The notes under the pieces: generated by a model
The model's input: the letters and a program-made list of their open reading frames with translations, nothing else
The model's database searches: none
What the model was told of the DNA's origin: nothing
In this document: piece by piece, positions 12,283 through 25,514 of the stretch
Layout of the letters: each line of letters opens with the position of its first letter
Numbering within the stretch: the stretch's first letter is position 1
From: Octopus vulgaris
Taxonomy: Eukaryota
Length of the DNA: 64,000 nt
Direction: 5' to 3'
NCBI GenBank assembly: GCA_951406725.2
Contig: OX597820.1
Span: forward strand, 27,776,001 to 27,840,000
Translations under genes and position numbers: made by a program

Positions 12283-13157
12283 TCATGCCCTTAATTCTTT
12301 TAATGAATGCTCTCTGGGGTAATTCAGGGAGCAGCAGTATTCGAGGTGTCGCCGTACAAAGGGGGAGAAAAGAGGAATGACGACACCTTGTTCTTTGGAC
12401 CAGAATTTTCTTAGGATCCAGGAGCTCACCTTACGAGCTATATCGACTTTATTGTTGATGTCGGTACTCCGGATGAGATAGTTGTCAACGATTACTCCTA
12501 GATCTCTGATATGATTAAATGCCATGAAGGAAGAGAATATGGTATGCAACAGTTCGAATTTTCCCTCGTTTAATCGCATGTTGTTTTAGAGCATAATTTG
12601 TTTTACAGCATATCGCATTTTCACTTACAGCATATAGATCAGACTGGAGTTCAGTTCGGTCTTCTTCGCCGTTGTTAATTTTTTGGTTCATGGAGTCATC
12701 GGCGAATATTTTCATTTTGCTGTATTTTATGACGCCTGAAATGTTGTTTATATCTCTCTATATATAAACCGCAGTTTGTCTGTGTGTGTTTCTGTGTGTC
12801 TTTTTGGTTGTACCCTCACCCTGACCACGGCTTTCAACCGATTCTGATGAAACTTGACACACACATAGCCCAATGTCATAATTCAAAACTAACGCAGCAA
12901 AAATTTTGAAAAGTTGCCCCAGTTCTGAAAAAAATCGATAAATTCGACATGGGGTCGAGAATCAGAAACACAAACCACAGACTGTCTAGGGGACGCATCT
13001 CGACCTTTTTTAACTCTCCAAAAAAATTTACCATAATTTTTTTTCCATTTTTTTGCTATTTTTTGGCTATAACTCTCTAAAAATGCTTTATAGTTATTTC
13101 CCTTACAAACCTGAGCAACGCCGGGCGATTCTGCTAGTAGACTATAAAAAGAAGTGG
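12283..13157 (-). mobile_element. CR1-type LINE RT fragment split by a Helitron
   Basis: PLLFIVYINNI (restored across the Helitron), KIFADD, LQSDL, RDLGVIVD, VRRHLEYC. Confidence 0.85.
12753..13137 (+). mobile_element. Non-autonomous Helitron
   Basis: 5' TC(TCTCTATATATAAA), subterminal hairpin CCTGAGCAACGCCGGG, 3' CTAG, inserted between A and T without TSD. Confidence 0.88.
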
Positions 13158-14142
13158 TGTTTTTTCTCAACCGCACACCATACCTGTGATTATAATCGGA
13201 AAAATTAAGAGGCCAGAAATTGGGGTTGGTGCAATGGCAAAACTTTTCCAACAACCACTTCTGACTCTTTCCGGAGGTATGGCAATGAACTAAATTCCTG
13301 CTACCACACATATCGCCTTCCAGCAGCAACGCCATCAACCCAGTTTCTAACAGCTACACATAGACATCTGAATTAAACCTAAGGCCCAGTTCGAAAATGT
13401 GGGACGCCAGAACATTACTCTTACTGGAGAGACACACACAAAGACCAACACTATGTGGGGAAACTTGGCTTTCATGATACCTGGATCTTCATATGGATTC
13501 TAAGCAAGTTACCTTTTTTTAAGCGTGTTATGCAACTGTTAATGGCGGAAGTTCTTTTCAGCTGATGTAAACCAGATCATCGCTGGCTGAACGGGATGCC
13601 TCGGTTTGTTCAGGAGCTTCGTTGCCTTCGTAAATCGTTTTTTCTTGGCCTTCACTGTCAGAACTTTTACTTTGTGCCTCTTGTACTATTAGTAGCGAGT
13701 ATCTTCATTTGGGGCCATCTGCATGGTGGCAACTGCAACGCCGATCTCTCTCGCCAAGGACCGGATTCCCTGACTCGGATTTTTTATCAACTTGCATTGC
13801 AGTTGTTCGATAAATACGGCGTGCTGACGCAGTTAGAACCTCTGCTGTTACATTTTCTACTGGTCACAACTTCGTAGATTCCGTCTATGTCACATCTGGC
13901 AGCCTATACAGTATTCACAGGTCATTGAGCAGCATTCGTGATGTCGGAATTTTGATGCCCCGTGTGAATCATCATTACACATATAAGACTTTACTAATAT
14001 TCCGGTGTCCTCCATTTCACCATGCCAACTACAACTTTAAACATTATGTTCTCCAACGCCGTTGATTATTCACCAATACAACATGTAGCAGTTCCAGAAA
14101 AAAGAGACAAAGAAAGTCGTTAAACTTGGCTCGAAAACTGTG
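13158..14142 (-). mobile_element. maT/DD37D-like Tc1/mariner element, decayed transposase, 3'-truncated
   Basis: Probable ATG at 14023; GIRSLAREIGV, IWFTSAEKNF, MKAKFP, CHTSGKSQKWL, NFWPLNFSDYN; putative TA-flanked end at 14142. Confidence 0.78.
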
Positions 14143-14171
14143 TACACACACATACATACACAGATGCATAC

Positions 14172-14237
<66 letters not shown>

Positions 14238-14248
14238 TTATATATACT

Positions 14249-14405
14249 CGTAGGAGTGGCTGTGTGGTAAGTAGTTTGCTTACGAACCACATGGTTCCGG
14301 GTTCACTCCCACTGCGTGGCACCTTGGGCAAGTGCATTCTACTAAAGGCGGCGCTCCAGCATGGCCACAGTCAAATGACTGAAACAAGTGTAAAAACAAG
14401 TGAAA
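14249..14405 (+). mobile_element. SINE family A with internal deletion
   Basis: Head joined directly to tail at an ACTA microhomology (14341-14344). Confidence 0.85.
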
Positions 14406-14466
14406 AAGTGTATATACACGTATATTTATATATACATATATATGTATATGTATGTGTATATATATA

Positions 14467-14541
<75 letters not shown>

Positions 14542-14898
14542 ATATATAATTATGTATATGCACAAATATAATTGCGATTTTCTGAAATGTTTGATGGTTG
14601 ATATTGTACAAAGTCCATACAGATAGTACTAACAGTGAAGTCTTACGAGAGAATATCTTTGAAAGCTATATTTCCTTTTCACACTAATCACATGTTTTTA
14701 CTTTGACAGTTGTTATCAGTAAAATTTTGGCTTTACTTCAAGAAGTAAACTATCTTCTCTGTAGAAAGTAATTGAAGACATAGAGTATCTATATTATTCT
14801 ACTGTGACACGACTATTTTGAGAATGCTGTAAGTTTTAAATTGTACAACATGATTATTACTATATAACGGAAAAATGTATACGGCTGAAGAAATAATA

Positions 14899-15464
14899 TT
14901 GGGTTGTCCGGAAAGTTCGTGCCGTTTTGTAGTAGCTTACCTTTCGACTTACTTTAGAACATGGTTGAATCCATAAAATAGGATTTGACTACATCTCCAT
15001 TTAGAGCACAGCTTAAGCTTTCTTTTCGTGGAAGAAGGTTTATGTTCCTATAACCTGTGTTAATTCTGTAACCCTTTAAAATGGAAGATAAAGCAAGTTC
15101 ATTTTCGGCACTTGATGCTTTGGGAACCAGACAAAAATTGCTGCAGCTCGGCTGGGATGTGTTACCTCACCCTCCATATTCACTAGATATTGCTCCTTCG
15201 GATTTCCACTTATTCAGGTCCCTGCAGAATAGTCTTAATAGTAAAACTTTCAATTCCTTGGCTGACGTAAAAAGATACGTTGATGAATTCTTTGCCATGA
15301 AACCACCTAAATTCTGGGAAGGCGGTATTTTCAAGTTAAAGAAAAGATGGAGACACATAGTGCAACAAAATGGTTCATATTTGGTTGATTAAAAATGTAA
15401 TGGCAAGTATTTATTGACGTTTTTCTTTCCTTAAAAATCGGCACGAACTTTCCGGACAACCCAA
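14899..15464 (+). mobile_element. Internally deleted mariner (mellifera-like), copy 2
   Basis: TIRs TTGGGTTGTCCGGAAAGTTCGTGCCG with TA TSD; ORF 15081-15392 contains LGWDVLPHPPYSLDIAPSDFHLFRSLQN. Confidence 0.95.
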
Positions 15465-16237
15465 TAGTTGGCATCCCGTTATACAGATGATGTACAGAAA
15501 TATAATATACAATGCATACATACATACATACATACATACATACATACATACATACATACATACATACATACATACAAATGAATATCTCTGAAAAATCAAA
15601 GACAAGGAAGAGAACTATGGACAACTGCTTCGGAACCTCCAGCTCCAATATCCGAATTATGAATTTACATTGATACCAATAATAATAATTGGTGCACTTT
15701 GTTCTGTGAATGAATGTTTAACTGTTAGACTGGATAATCTTGGATTTTCAGAAAGAGAAATCAACAAACTAACTCGTACATTACAGATACAACCTGTAAG
15801 TGTAACAGTAAGACTATGAAAAATTTTTCCCCGGGGCTTGTGCCGTTGTTTTCGTTATCTATTGTCCAACGATGGAACTTTCTATCATTGTTAGAAACCA
15901 GCTCCGTCTTCAAAGGAAGTATTAAATAATTAAAAGCAGAAAAATACATACATACACACACACACGCATGCATACATACATACATACATATACAGGACAC
16001 AAACAAGCCCGTCTGGAGAAAAATATGCTTGAACTTGGCTTCTTGGGGAGAGAACGAATTCCTTAACTCATTCACTACAGATAACGATATCACCGAAATA
16101 TTTCCAAACAATAAATTTCACATAGAATACCTATTGTTTCCTATAAATTAATCACAGAGAATATCAGGGAAAGAAAAAAGAAATAAGTCGCTTCATTAAC
16201 AATATTTTATTAATTGTTTGTAACGCGTGTTTATGTT

Positions 16238-16430
16238 CTCTCTCTCTCTCTCTCACTGTCGCTCTCTCCGTCTATCTCAATATATATACATTATATATAT
16301 ATATACACAAACATATTCATATACATACATACGTACATATATATATATATATTTATATATATATATATATACATATACATACACACACACACATATATAT
16401 ACATATAAATACATATATATATGCATATAA

Positions 16431-16520
<90 letters not shown>
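16238..16520. repeat. Compound (CT)/(AT)/(AC) microsatellite
   Basis: Direct inspection. Confidence 0.9.
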
Positions 16521-16522
<2 letters not shown>

Positions 16523-16842
16523 TTAATCATGAGACTTCAACAAAACTTAGATGTATGCAATCACAGAGCCCGTTTATAATGTGATAACTATATCAAGTTT
16601 CTGCTACACGTCAATAAAGGTGCCCTAGAAACAACAGCCAAATCTCCCTACACTCAGCCTAAAATTTTAAAGCAGGTAACGGAAGGATCATTCGGTAAGG
16701 TAATATCCGTTACACTTTATCAAAAATCAAAAAAAGTTACCTGGTATGGACACGTCCAGATGGCATTCCATTATAATTTAGCACATTTCTGCACTGACCT
16801 CGAGTTAAAAAATAACAACCCAAAGGCAACAAACATTTGATA

Positions 16843-17052
16843 CGAGGGGGTGCTGAAAAGTTCCTGGCTTTAAGGCTACCGCAGAAGGCCTGCTCTGAGG
16901 CCCAGCATTCCGAGTTCTTTTACAGGGCTTAGAGAAACTGAATTACCACTGTAATAAATGCGTGAATCTGAGAGGGAAATATATTGTACAAAATCACAAT
17001 TAACTGATCTTCCCGTATTTTAATTTTTACCCAAAGCTAAGAACTTGCCTCG
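16843..17052 (+). mobile_element. Short mariner-derived MITE
   Basis: TA|CGAGGGGGTGCTGAAAAGTTCCTGGCTTT ... AAAGCTAAGAACTTGCCTCG|TA; residual C-terminus GLEKLNYHCNKCVNLRGKYI. Confidence 0.75.
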
Positions 17053-18206
17053 TAGTATCCAGACATGCTAATCAGTTGAATATTAAAGATCGAGATACCT
17101 TGGCAAACGGTTAGTAATCAACAAACGCCTTATCTCTTCTCTTTCTACTGTGTTATTTGGTCCTATGCACCGGTAGGCAACCCAGACACTATCTGGCACG
17201 ATCCATTAAATACGCTCACATTTTATCTCAACATTTGTGCTTACTTTTTCAGCACACATGAATTTCCACATCGTGTTTCCTTCTTATATACAAAGAGATG
17301 TTCTTTCTTACTTGATCAATTTTATAAATTACTTTAGCCTATCCAGCTTGTAATCATCTAACGTCATATGAGCATTTCTTTGTAAAAAGAAAAATATAGC
17401 ATGACGTCATCAAATTTTAAAACTTTTTTCCAAACTTATTCGTCGAAACCAGATTAAGTAAAGGGAATATAGAAAATAAAACAGCGCGCTCATTACTAAA
17501 AGTAATTATCAAGAACAAAAGATTATCACACGTTTGGAGACTTTATTTTTGGTTTATCATGTTTGTTTTCCTTATTAGATTCTACAGTTTTTTGCCTTTC
17601 GTGATCATTTTATTATATTTTTTCCACCGAAACTTTCTAACCATTAAGAAACGGATAACACAAATCGAAAATAAAATTAATAATAGTCAGTTACTATGTC
17701 TAAAGCCAAGCAACTCTGGTTTGCTTTAGTTTAATGTTTAAAATTTCTAATTCGAAAACAGGCAAAAAATATTGTTTCTAGCATGATGAATAAAGTTTTA
17801 TTGAATACAAATTCCAATTAGTATTTTCGTTTGAAAACAAATTACGTTTCTTTTTCCTTGAAGAACAATAAAGAAAGGAAAAAAACCCAGAAAAGTTTTC
17901 ATCTAACCAAAGTAAATTAAATGAAAACATTCCACGAAAGTAAGGAATATAAATTAAAAAAATAGATGCGGATACATATTAATTTATTTATGTATTTAAA
18001 ACATAGGCTAAGATGAATTCTGGTACTGGTTGGTGACGTTATTGGATATTTTCCTCACTGACTCATTATTGAGGTTTAAGATATCCATGTGATGTGAAGT
18101 CAACGCAAGGTAAAATATTTTCTTGATTATTATGTGTATCTTCAAATGCATGTAGTTCATTCCACACATTTCTTCATATCAGAATTGATAACAGAATCGT
18201 TAGGTA

Positions 18207-20377
18207 CACTGTGCAACACTCAAAAAAATACAGAGATCTGTGGCCATTTTTATATGCCAAATAACATGGGAAATCCATTTCTTGCCTTCTTTTTGTTGAA
18301 TTAGGTTTCTACAAAATTGTCACTGTATACCCTTTTTGTCATTATTATTAAATACAATTCTCTACCATATTGTAAAATGGGTTACAACCCAGGGCTAGAG
18401 ACCAATCTTAGTAACACATACAATGTGATTCAAAGCTTGTGTTTAATGTTATTTTTTATCTTTCATATCTTATTTGTTTTCAACCATGAGTGCAGGACAG
18501 TGCAAAAATGACCCAAACAGATTCTGTTATATCTGTCGGGAATTGACTTTTGCTATTTCCACGCCATATCAAGAAAATATGCAAGGCGTACTTCGATTGT
18601 TACTTAGGAGACCAGGATAAGTCATGGGCTCCTCATGTGTATTGCCTTACATGTGTGAAGACATTGAGTGCCTGGTATGAAGGAAAAAATGTTCACATGA
18701 AGTTTGGTGTGCCAATGATTTGGTGTGAACAGAAAGATCACTCTAATGATTGCTATTTCTGTCACTATGACGTTACAGGCTGTACAACAGCAAAGAAAAA
18801 GAAATACATTGTTTACCCAAATTTGCAATCAGTAATGCGCCCAGTAGAACACTCAGAACATTTACCTGTGCCCAAACCTTCAGATCAAGAAATGCAGAGT
18901 TCCAGCAGTGCTGATGAACATTCCAGTGGTGAATGTGTGGAACTCAATGATCCAGAAAGCAAGAATAAACCAATACCATTTTCTCAAGAGGCTCTAGATG
19001 ACTTGTGCAGGGATCTCTATTTAACCAAAGAGAAAACTGTCTTTCTGGCATTAAGACTTCAAGAACGTAATCGTCTTGAGAAAGGAGTGAAGATAACACT
19101 GTACAGAGGATCTGCTTGCATTATTCACTATGAAGGATGATTTATGCTTTTGTAATGACACCATTGAACTTTTTGAGCAACTGGAAATACCATATGATAA
19201 AACCAACTGGCAACTTTTCCTAGATGCATCCAAGGACAGCATGAAAACTGTTCTGCTACACAATGGTAAAACTCAGCCTTTTGTTCCCATAGCTTATAGC
19301 ACAACCATGAAAGAATCATATGAAAATCTGAAAGCAATTCTAACAAGCATACAGTATGATGACCATACCTGGCATATTTGTGCAGATTTTAAGGTTGTGA
19401 CCATACTTTCTGACCTTCAGCTTGGCTATACTAAATTTTGCTACTTCCTGTGCTTATGGAATTCCGGATCAAGAGCTGAACATTATATACGCAAGGATTG
19501 GCCGATCCGAGATGAAACCGAGCAAGGAAAACACAGCATCAGGCACAAATCACGTGTGAAAAGTGATAGAATTATTTTTACCACCTTTGCATATTAAACT
19601 TGCTTTGTTTAAGTAATTTGTGAAAGCCTTGGACAAGGAACCCTCCACATTTGCATATCTTGCAGAAAAGTTCCCTTCCCTGAGTCAAGCTAAAATTAAA
19701 GAAGGTTTCTTCATAGGTCCCCAAATTCGAAAAATTGTACTTGATGAAACCTTCATCACACATCTCAAGAGAAAAGAGAAGCTTGCCTTTAAGTCATTCA
19801 AGAAAGTTTACGATAACTTCTTGGGCAACCATCGTTCAGAAGAATATGTGCAAGTTGTGAATGATCTGCTGAGTTATTACCATGATATGGTGTGTAACAT
19901 GGCTCTAAAAGTTCATGTGCTTCACTCTCATTTGGAATTTTTTTCGGAAAATCTTGGTGATATGAGTGATGAACATGGCGAAAGATTCCATCAGGATATT
20001 TCAGTGATGGAGCGACGATTCAAAGGAAAGTGGTACCCTGCCATGTTGACAGACTACAGCTGGGGTATAAAAAAAAATCACACTCCGCACAAGACGCTTA
20101 GAAGGACAAAAGTTGTTTAAACTGACAGGTGTGTTTTTAATTCATAACCGATATATGTTTTGTTATACCAACTAAATTTTTGTTTTGTTTTTTGTAACTT
20201 TCAGTATTTGCAATGTTGTGTTCAATACGCAATATTATGCAGTATATCATAAAACATATGGTTCATGGTACAGGAAAACGGTGCCTAATCTGGAGAAATA
20301 AACGTCAGAATCAGAATCAGGACCCAGAAACAAGTATTACTTGTACTTTTTTTTAACCTAAAATTTGTTGCACAGTG
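18207..20377 (+). mobile_element. Chapaev3-type (CMC superfamily) DNA transposon, complete ends
   Basis: TIRs CACTGTGCAACA / TGTTGCACAGTG; 3-bp TSD GTA at 18204-18206 and 20378-20380; transposase inside. Confidence 0.88.
18486..20120 (+). pseudogene. Chapaev3-type transposase pseudogene (about 3 frameshifts, 1 stop)
   Basis: CKNDPNRFCYIC, GDQDKSWAPH..C..C, DHSNDCYFC, WQLFLDASK, ICADFK, GYTKFC, LHIKL, GPQIR, KVHVLHSH, SDEHGERFHQDI. Confidence 0.88.
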
Positions 20378-20504
20378 GTACAGACTTCTGAAAGGAGAAT
20401 AAGAAATTCATTGCATTTTTGACATTAAGAATACCAGTAAACTGTTTCTAACTTTCTGTAGAAGAAACATCTCGAATGACTTCGTTAATCAATCGCCGAT
20501 ACGC

Positions 20505-20728
<224 letters not shown>

Positions 20729-21422
20729 TCCACCTTTCTATCGACTGACGTGATGTCGCATCGGCTCTGCAGGTAATCCCTTTTTTCGACCTTCTATTGC
20801 ACACATTTTGTTCCAATTTTTGCACACAAGGTGTGTAAAGCACCCAGCTTTTGCTTGAATGTATTCAAGGGAGAAATTGGCCTTTAGGGTCAGTTTCAAA
20901 CTTGTTTACCTTTCCATTTTCTTCAATTTCCTTGCCGTATTTCTAAACAAATATAGCTAAGCGAAACGATGATGCCGACTTCCTGCCTCTACCAATGCTA
21001 GAAGCGAAGGAAGCTGAAAACAAAGCCGTTCCGCGTGAACGCACACAGTCGTTAGAAAGCGCTTCTGCTACTACAACCACTGACTCTACCACTGCTACCA
21101 CCATAACCGCCATCACCACCACAACCCATACGAATACCGAAAACAATTTTGCCGCAGCTTTAAAGCTAAAGAAATCAATCGTATCGTTTTCGAAGGATGA
21201 ACTACTTGTCTGCAAAGCAATGTTAAAAAAAAGACGACCTCAGCATACAACTACAGACACCACAAGACATCACAGAAAAAATTATTTACAAGACACTCAA
21301 CCTAAAACCAAGGCTATATGAAAAGGCCACACAAGAAAATGTTGAAAAATATTAAAACCCTATATGGGCCTTTAAAGACTACATCACGAGGAGAAACAAA
21401 TTTGACACTAATACATCTTTGT

Positions 21423-21490
<68 letters not shown>

Positions 21491-21491
21491 T

Positions 21492-21930
21492 AGTTAATCC
21501 AAACAAGAAAGCACAAAAAAACACAACAACGCGAGGACGTGGAACAAATATAGTATTATTGGACGCTCAAGAAAGAAGGAAAGAAGGAGGGTTTAATGTT
21601 TCGATCAGAGCTCTTCGTCGGAAACAAAGGAGAAGGAAAGATCCAGAGAAGGGAAGACAGAGGAAAAAAAATCGCCAACAGTACGCACGAGGTCACATTT
21701 TGAAAGCTTTGCAAAGTTTGAGGCGGCGCAGGAACTGGTTGACGTCGGTCCGTGTCTCAAATTCGTCGCAGTGACGCGTGAGAGGCGTGAAGCGGAGTCC
21801 CTTACAGAGGAGATAGCGCTCAGCAGCGAAGAGAGGGAGATTGGGGGGTATAGTGACAACAGTGCGAGGAAGCAGGGTGGTGGGATGAGTGGGGTCAGAG
21901 GTGTGGGGAGGAGAGTTGGGATGGTTGGGT
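21492..21930 (-). mobile_element. Penelope-like element derivative: ORF N-terminal piece plus terminal repeat with degenerate hammerhead
   Basis: VVTIPPNLPLFAAERYLLCKGLRFTP...DEFETRTDVNQFLRRLKL resembles the PLE N-terminal LLSKGLxFxP...FxRRLRL; hammerhead-like motif at 21591-21625. Confidence 0.75.
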
Positions 21931-22271
21931 ATATATATATATATATATAATAATAATGATAATAATAAAAATTTATATATAAAGAACGTGAAATACACGA
22001 AGGGACGAACACGGAAAACGGACAAGTCATTCGAAGCCTTCAATCTTCAGTCAGAAACTGAATCATTATGGCAAATTTCGGCTGTTTAATTCTGAGATTT
22101 GCTCCAACTCGGCCAGCCCCAAGGAAAAAACTAAGCCGTGGGCATTAGATTTCTTGGTAGAAGGAAAGAATGTAAACGCAACAGAGACGAATATAAATAC
22201 AAGAAACGAAAACAAAATTGAAAACAGTAACGGTTAAAAAACAGGATAACAGCAGGTGTCTTACACACACA

Positions 22272-22347
<76 letters not shown>

Positions 22348-23114
22348 TATATATATGCCTAACGTGACACGTTGTATAAAGGTATCAGAAGTTACATGTT
22401 TGCGAAGCGAATATTTTAACCACTTAACCATGCAACCTAATAATATGTGGCTAACTCCTTCCACCAGTAAAAAAGCTATGTACGTTTTAAAATAGCTATA
22501 TATATATTGAAGCACCGAATAATATTTATAATGCTTTCAGTAGAGTCTATGCATGTATGTACGTCTGTCTGTCTGTCTGTCTGTCTGTATATATGTATGT
22601 ATGTATGTATGACACTTTGAAAATATACGTGCTCCGGTCCTTATATATTATTCACACTCACTTCTTTTGAGAAAAACAATGACACACAACTCAGAGCCAC
22701 CGAAGTAAGTGTAAGAAAAGGAAGATATTGTTTTCAGAACGAAAACTTAAACTTTAATGCTTCCAACACAGCGAACTCAGCTTGTAGTACCTGAGTACCA
22801 GTGTGTGGTGATAAACTAAGTGTTTAATTATTTCTACAACACAAGCTGCGATCCAGCTGCTCTTCTTTTCATCAGCTATTCTACCTTTTCTCATGCTGAC
22901 AGTGTCGAATTTATGACAACTAAATAATTGCTATTTCACCGAGTTCTACAACGCACTGGAATGCCATACATACATTCATATTCTGTATTCGAATTTAATA
23001 TAGAATCATCTGCTTTTCAGATGAATTATATACACACGGTATAATTAAAATGCACGAACATTAAATTTTATGTTTGCAGGTAATATTAAGATATTAATAT
23101 TCGGGTATATTTTT

Positions 23115-23510
23115 TATGGTTAAGAACGTTGCTTCGAAGTCACGCAGTATTGGACTCAGCGTCGCTGCGTACACCTTGGTGGTGGTGTGCTCTTCCATAT
23201 CACGGCCTTTTCAAGTGAATTTGGTAAACGGAGCCATGTGAAAGCTGGGCGTATTTACATATAAGGACATAAATTTATTTGTATTTATATATATACATAT
23301 ACACGTGTACGTGTAATTGTCTTCTTTTGACACCCTCCACTTGAGAAATAATGTTGTTTTGTTTACGTTGAAGTAAGGAGTGGTTCGTCATAGAAATCGA
23401 TAGAATAAGTACTAGACTCCAAAAATAAATACTGTGGTCGATTTGATAGACGAAAATCTATAAGATGTCACAAATTGGCCGCACTCCAATGAGTGAAACA
23501 AGTAAAAGAA
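23115..23510 (+). mobile_element. SINE family A, old copy
   Basis: GATAGAATAAGTACTAG and GAAACAAGTAAAAGA landmarks. Confidence 0.75.
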
Positions 23511-23984
23511 TTATTCATAATTTCATCCTCCATAACGAATGTCCATTTGCTAAAAATTTATAAATTTATCAATGACGTATCAGTTATCCGATTTGAGTTG
23601 GTATGAGTTTACCTTTCTTAAAGTACTAAGTGTTTGATTATCGAAAAAGAGCCGCAACATATTTCTTATGTTTATTAGTATATTAGGTATAAGAGTTAAG
23701 GTGCAATCTTAAAACAAACGAATAGCGATTATAGTTACTGTGAGGCATCGGTTTTATTATTCATAAGTCATACGTTAGTGAGCACTGCAGACTAGACTTG
23801 CTGCGGGCGAAGAAACTAATAAAAACAATTTAGATTCTCATATTTAGATTCTCATATTTAGTAATGCCAATTTACTATACATTCCTAAAGAGATTAAGAT
23901 GCTACAGTAACACTACCAACATCTTCAGTGTAACATATAAATAAGACAATATGTTCTTATAATATTGCCAATATGTTGTAGCCG

Positions 23985-24260
23985 AAACGGAGGATTGGCT
24001 TTTGATATTTAGATCGGGGTTTATACGTTTAGAGTTCAAAGCTACACAACGTCCACTGTGTCTAAAATCCTCCCGATGTTGATTAAATAGTGTCCGGGAG
24101 TACTGGAGTCGATATCAAATATTGACTCCAGTAATCTCTGATGTGGATTTGTCTTTCATCCTTTCGGGATCGACAAGGTAAATACTAAACTAGTACTGCA
24201 GTATATGTAGTCGACTTATTCCCTCCCCACCAAATTTCAGGCCTTATGTCTATAGTACAT
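23985..24260 (+). mobile_element. Two degenerate SINE-B pieces
   Basis: CTTTCATCCTTTCGGGATCGAC core. Confidence 0.6.
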
Positions 24261-24579
24261 TTGTGTTCATTTTAGATCTGGGTGTAAGATATATATATGT
24301 GTATATATGTGTATTTACCTCTGGGTTTCACACTGCCTTATCCTGTAGTGGGGACTAAAATCTATAAATTATATACGCCAATTTTTCATATAAACAATAG
24401 TACATAATAGGTTCCTAAACATAGCGGTACGTATTCTTAGCCAATTATGAATAACATCTTTTGACCTTGCACACAACACAAATCCAAATGCACACTAAAA
24501 CTTAGGGACGTGGGCAGAAAACAAATTGAAATATTTTAATGTCTATATTTGTCACTATATATACATAAAATACAGACAT

Positions 24580-24778
24580 ATACATACTACATACACATAC
24601 ATACATACATACATACATACATACATACATACATACATACATACATACATACATACATACATACATACATGCATACATACATATATACATACATACTTTT
24701 ATACAAATATATATTTGTACACATATATATGTATGTATGTATATATATATATATATATATTTACATATACATATATAC

Positions 24779-24826
<48 letters not shown>

Positions 24827-24932
24827 ATGTGTGTGTGTAAGTATCTATTTCTCTATCTCTCTCTCTCTCTCTCTCTCTGTCTGTCTCTGTCTCTCTCTGT
24901 CTCTGTCTCTCTCTCTCTCTATATATATATAT
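24580..24932. repeat. Compound (ATAC)/(AT)/(GT)/(CT) microsatellite
   Basis: Direct inspection. Confidence 0.92.
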
Positions 24933-25017
24933 AAGAATTTACAACGAGAGTAAAGAAGAGTAAACAAGAGAGACAGAAACAGGCAGAAACAAGGAAAATG
25001 CCACTTGTATTTGAACA

Positions 25018-25230
25018 CTCTTTTACTTGTGTCAGTCATTTGACTGTGGCCAAGCTAGAGCACCGCCCTTTCTTCGAGCAAATCGACACCAGGATTAAGC
25101 ATAGCACTTATTCTATCGGACTCTTAGCCGAAGCGCTAAGTTACGGGGACGTAAACCCACGAGCATCGGTTGTCAAGCGATGTTAGGGAGAAGAGGGGAC
25201 AAAGGCAGACACACAAACATACACACACAC

Positions 25231-25307
<77 letters not shown>

Positions 25308-25449
25308 TACGACAAGTTTCTTTCAGTTTCCGACTACCAAATCCAATCATAAGACTTTGGTAGGCTCGAGGCTATAGTAGAAGACACTTCCCAAGCTGCT
25401 ACGCAGTGGGACTGAACCTGAAACCATGTGGTTCGTAAGCAAGCTACTC
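25018..25449 (-). mobile_element. SINE family A
   Basis: Reverse-complement homologue of 709-1115. Confidence 0.85.
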
Positions 25450-25474
25450 TTATTCATTAAATTTGCCATACAGG

Positions 25475-25514
<40 letters not shown>

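Noticed and set aside
15793-15908. Possible minus-strand exon (TELVSNNDRKFHRWTIDNENNG...)
   Set aside because: Weak splice sites, no recognisable homology, no partner exons
16625-16820. Degenerate repeat resembling 42190-42380 in the opposite orientation (CAGCCRAATCTC motif)
   Set aside because: Probably an old SINE tail, but too decayed to define boundaries
17401-17412. TGACGTCA CRE palindrome
   Set aside because: An isolated 8-mer is expected by chance in 64 kb; no promoter evidence
23829-23861. 14-bp tandem duplication TTTAGATTCTCATA
   Set aside because: Ordinary slippage event
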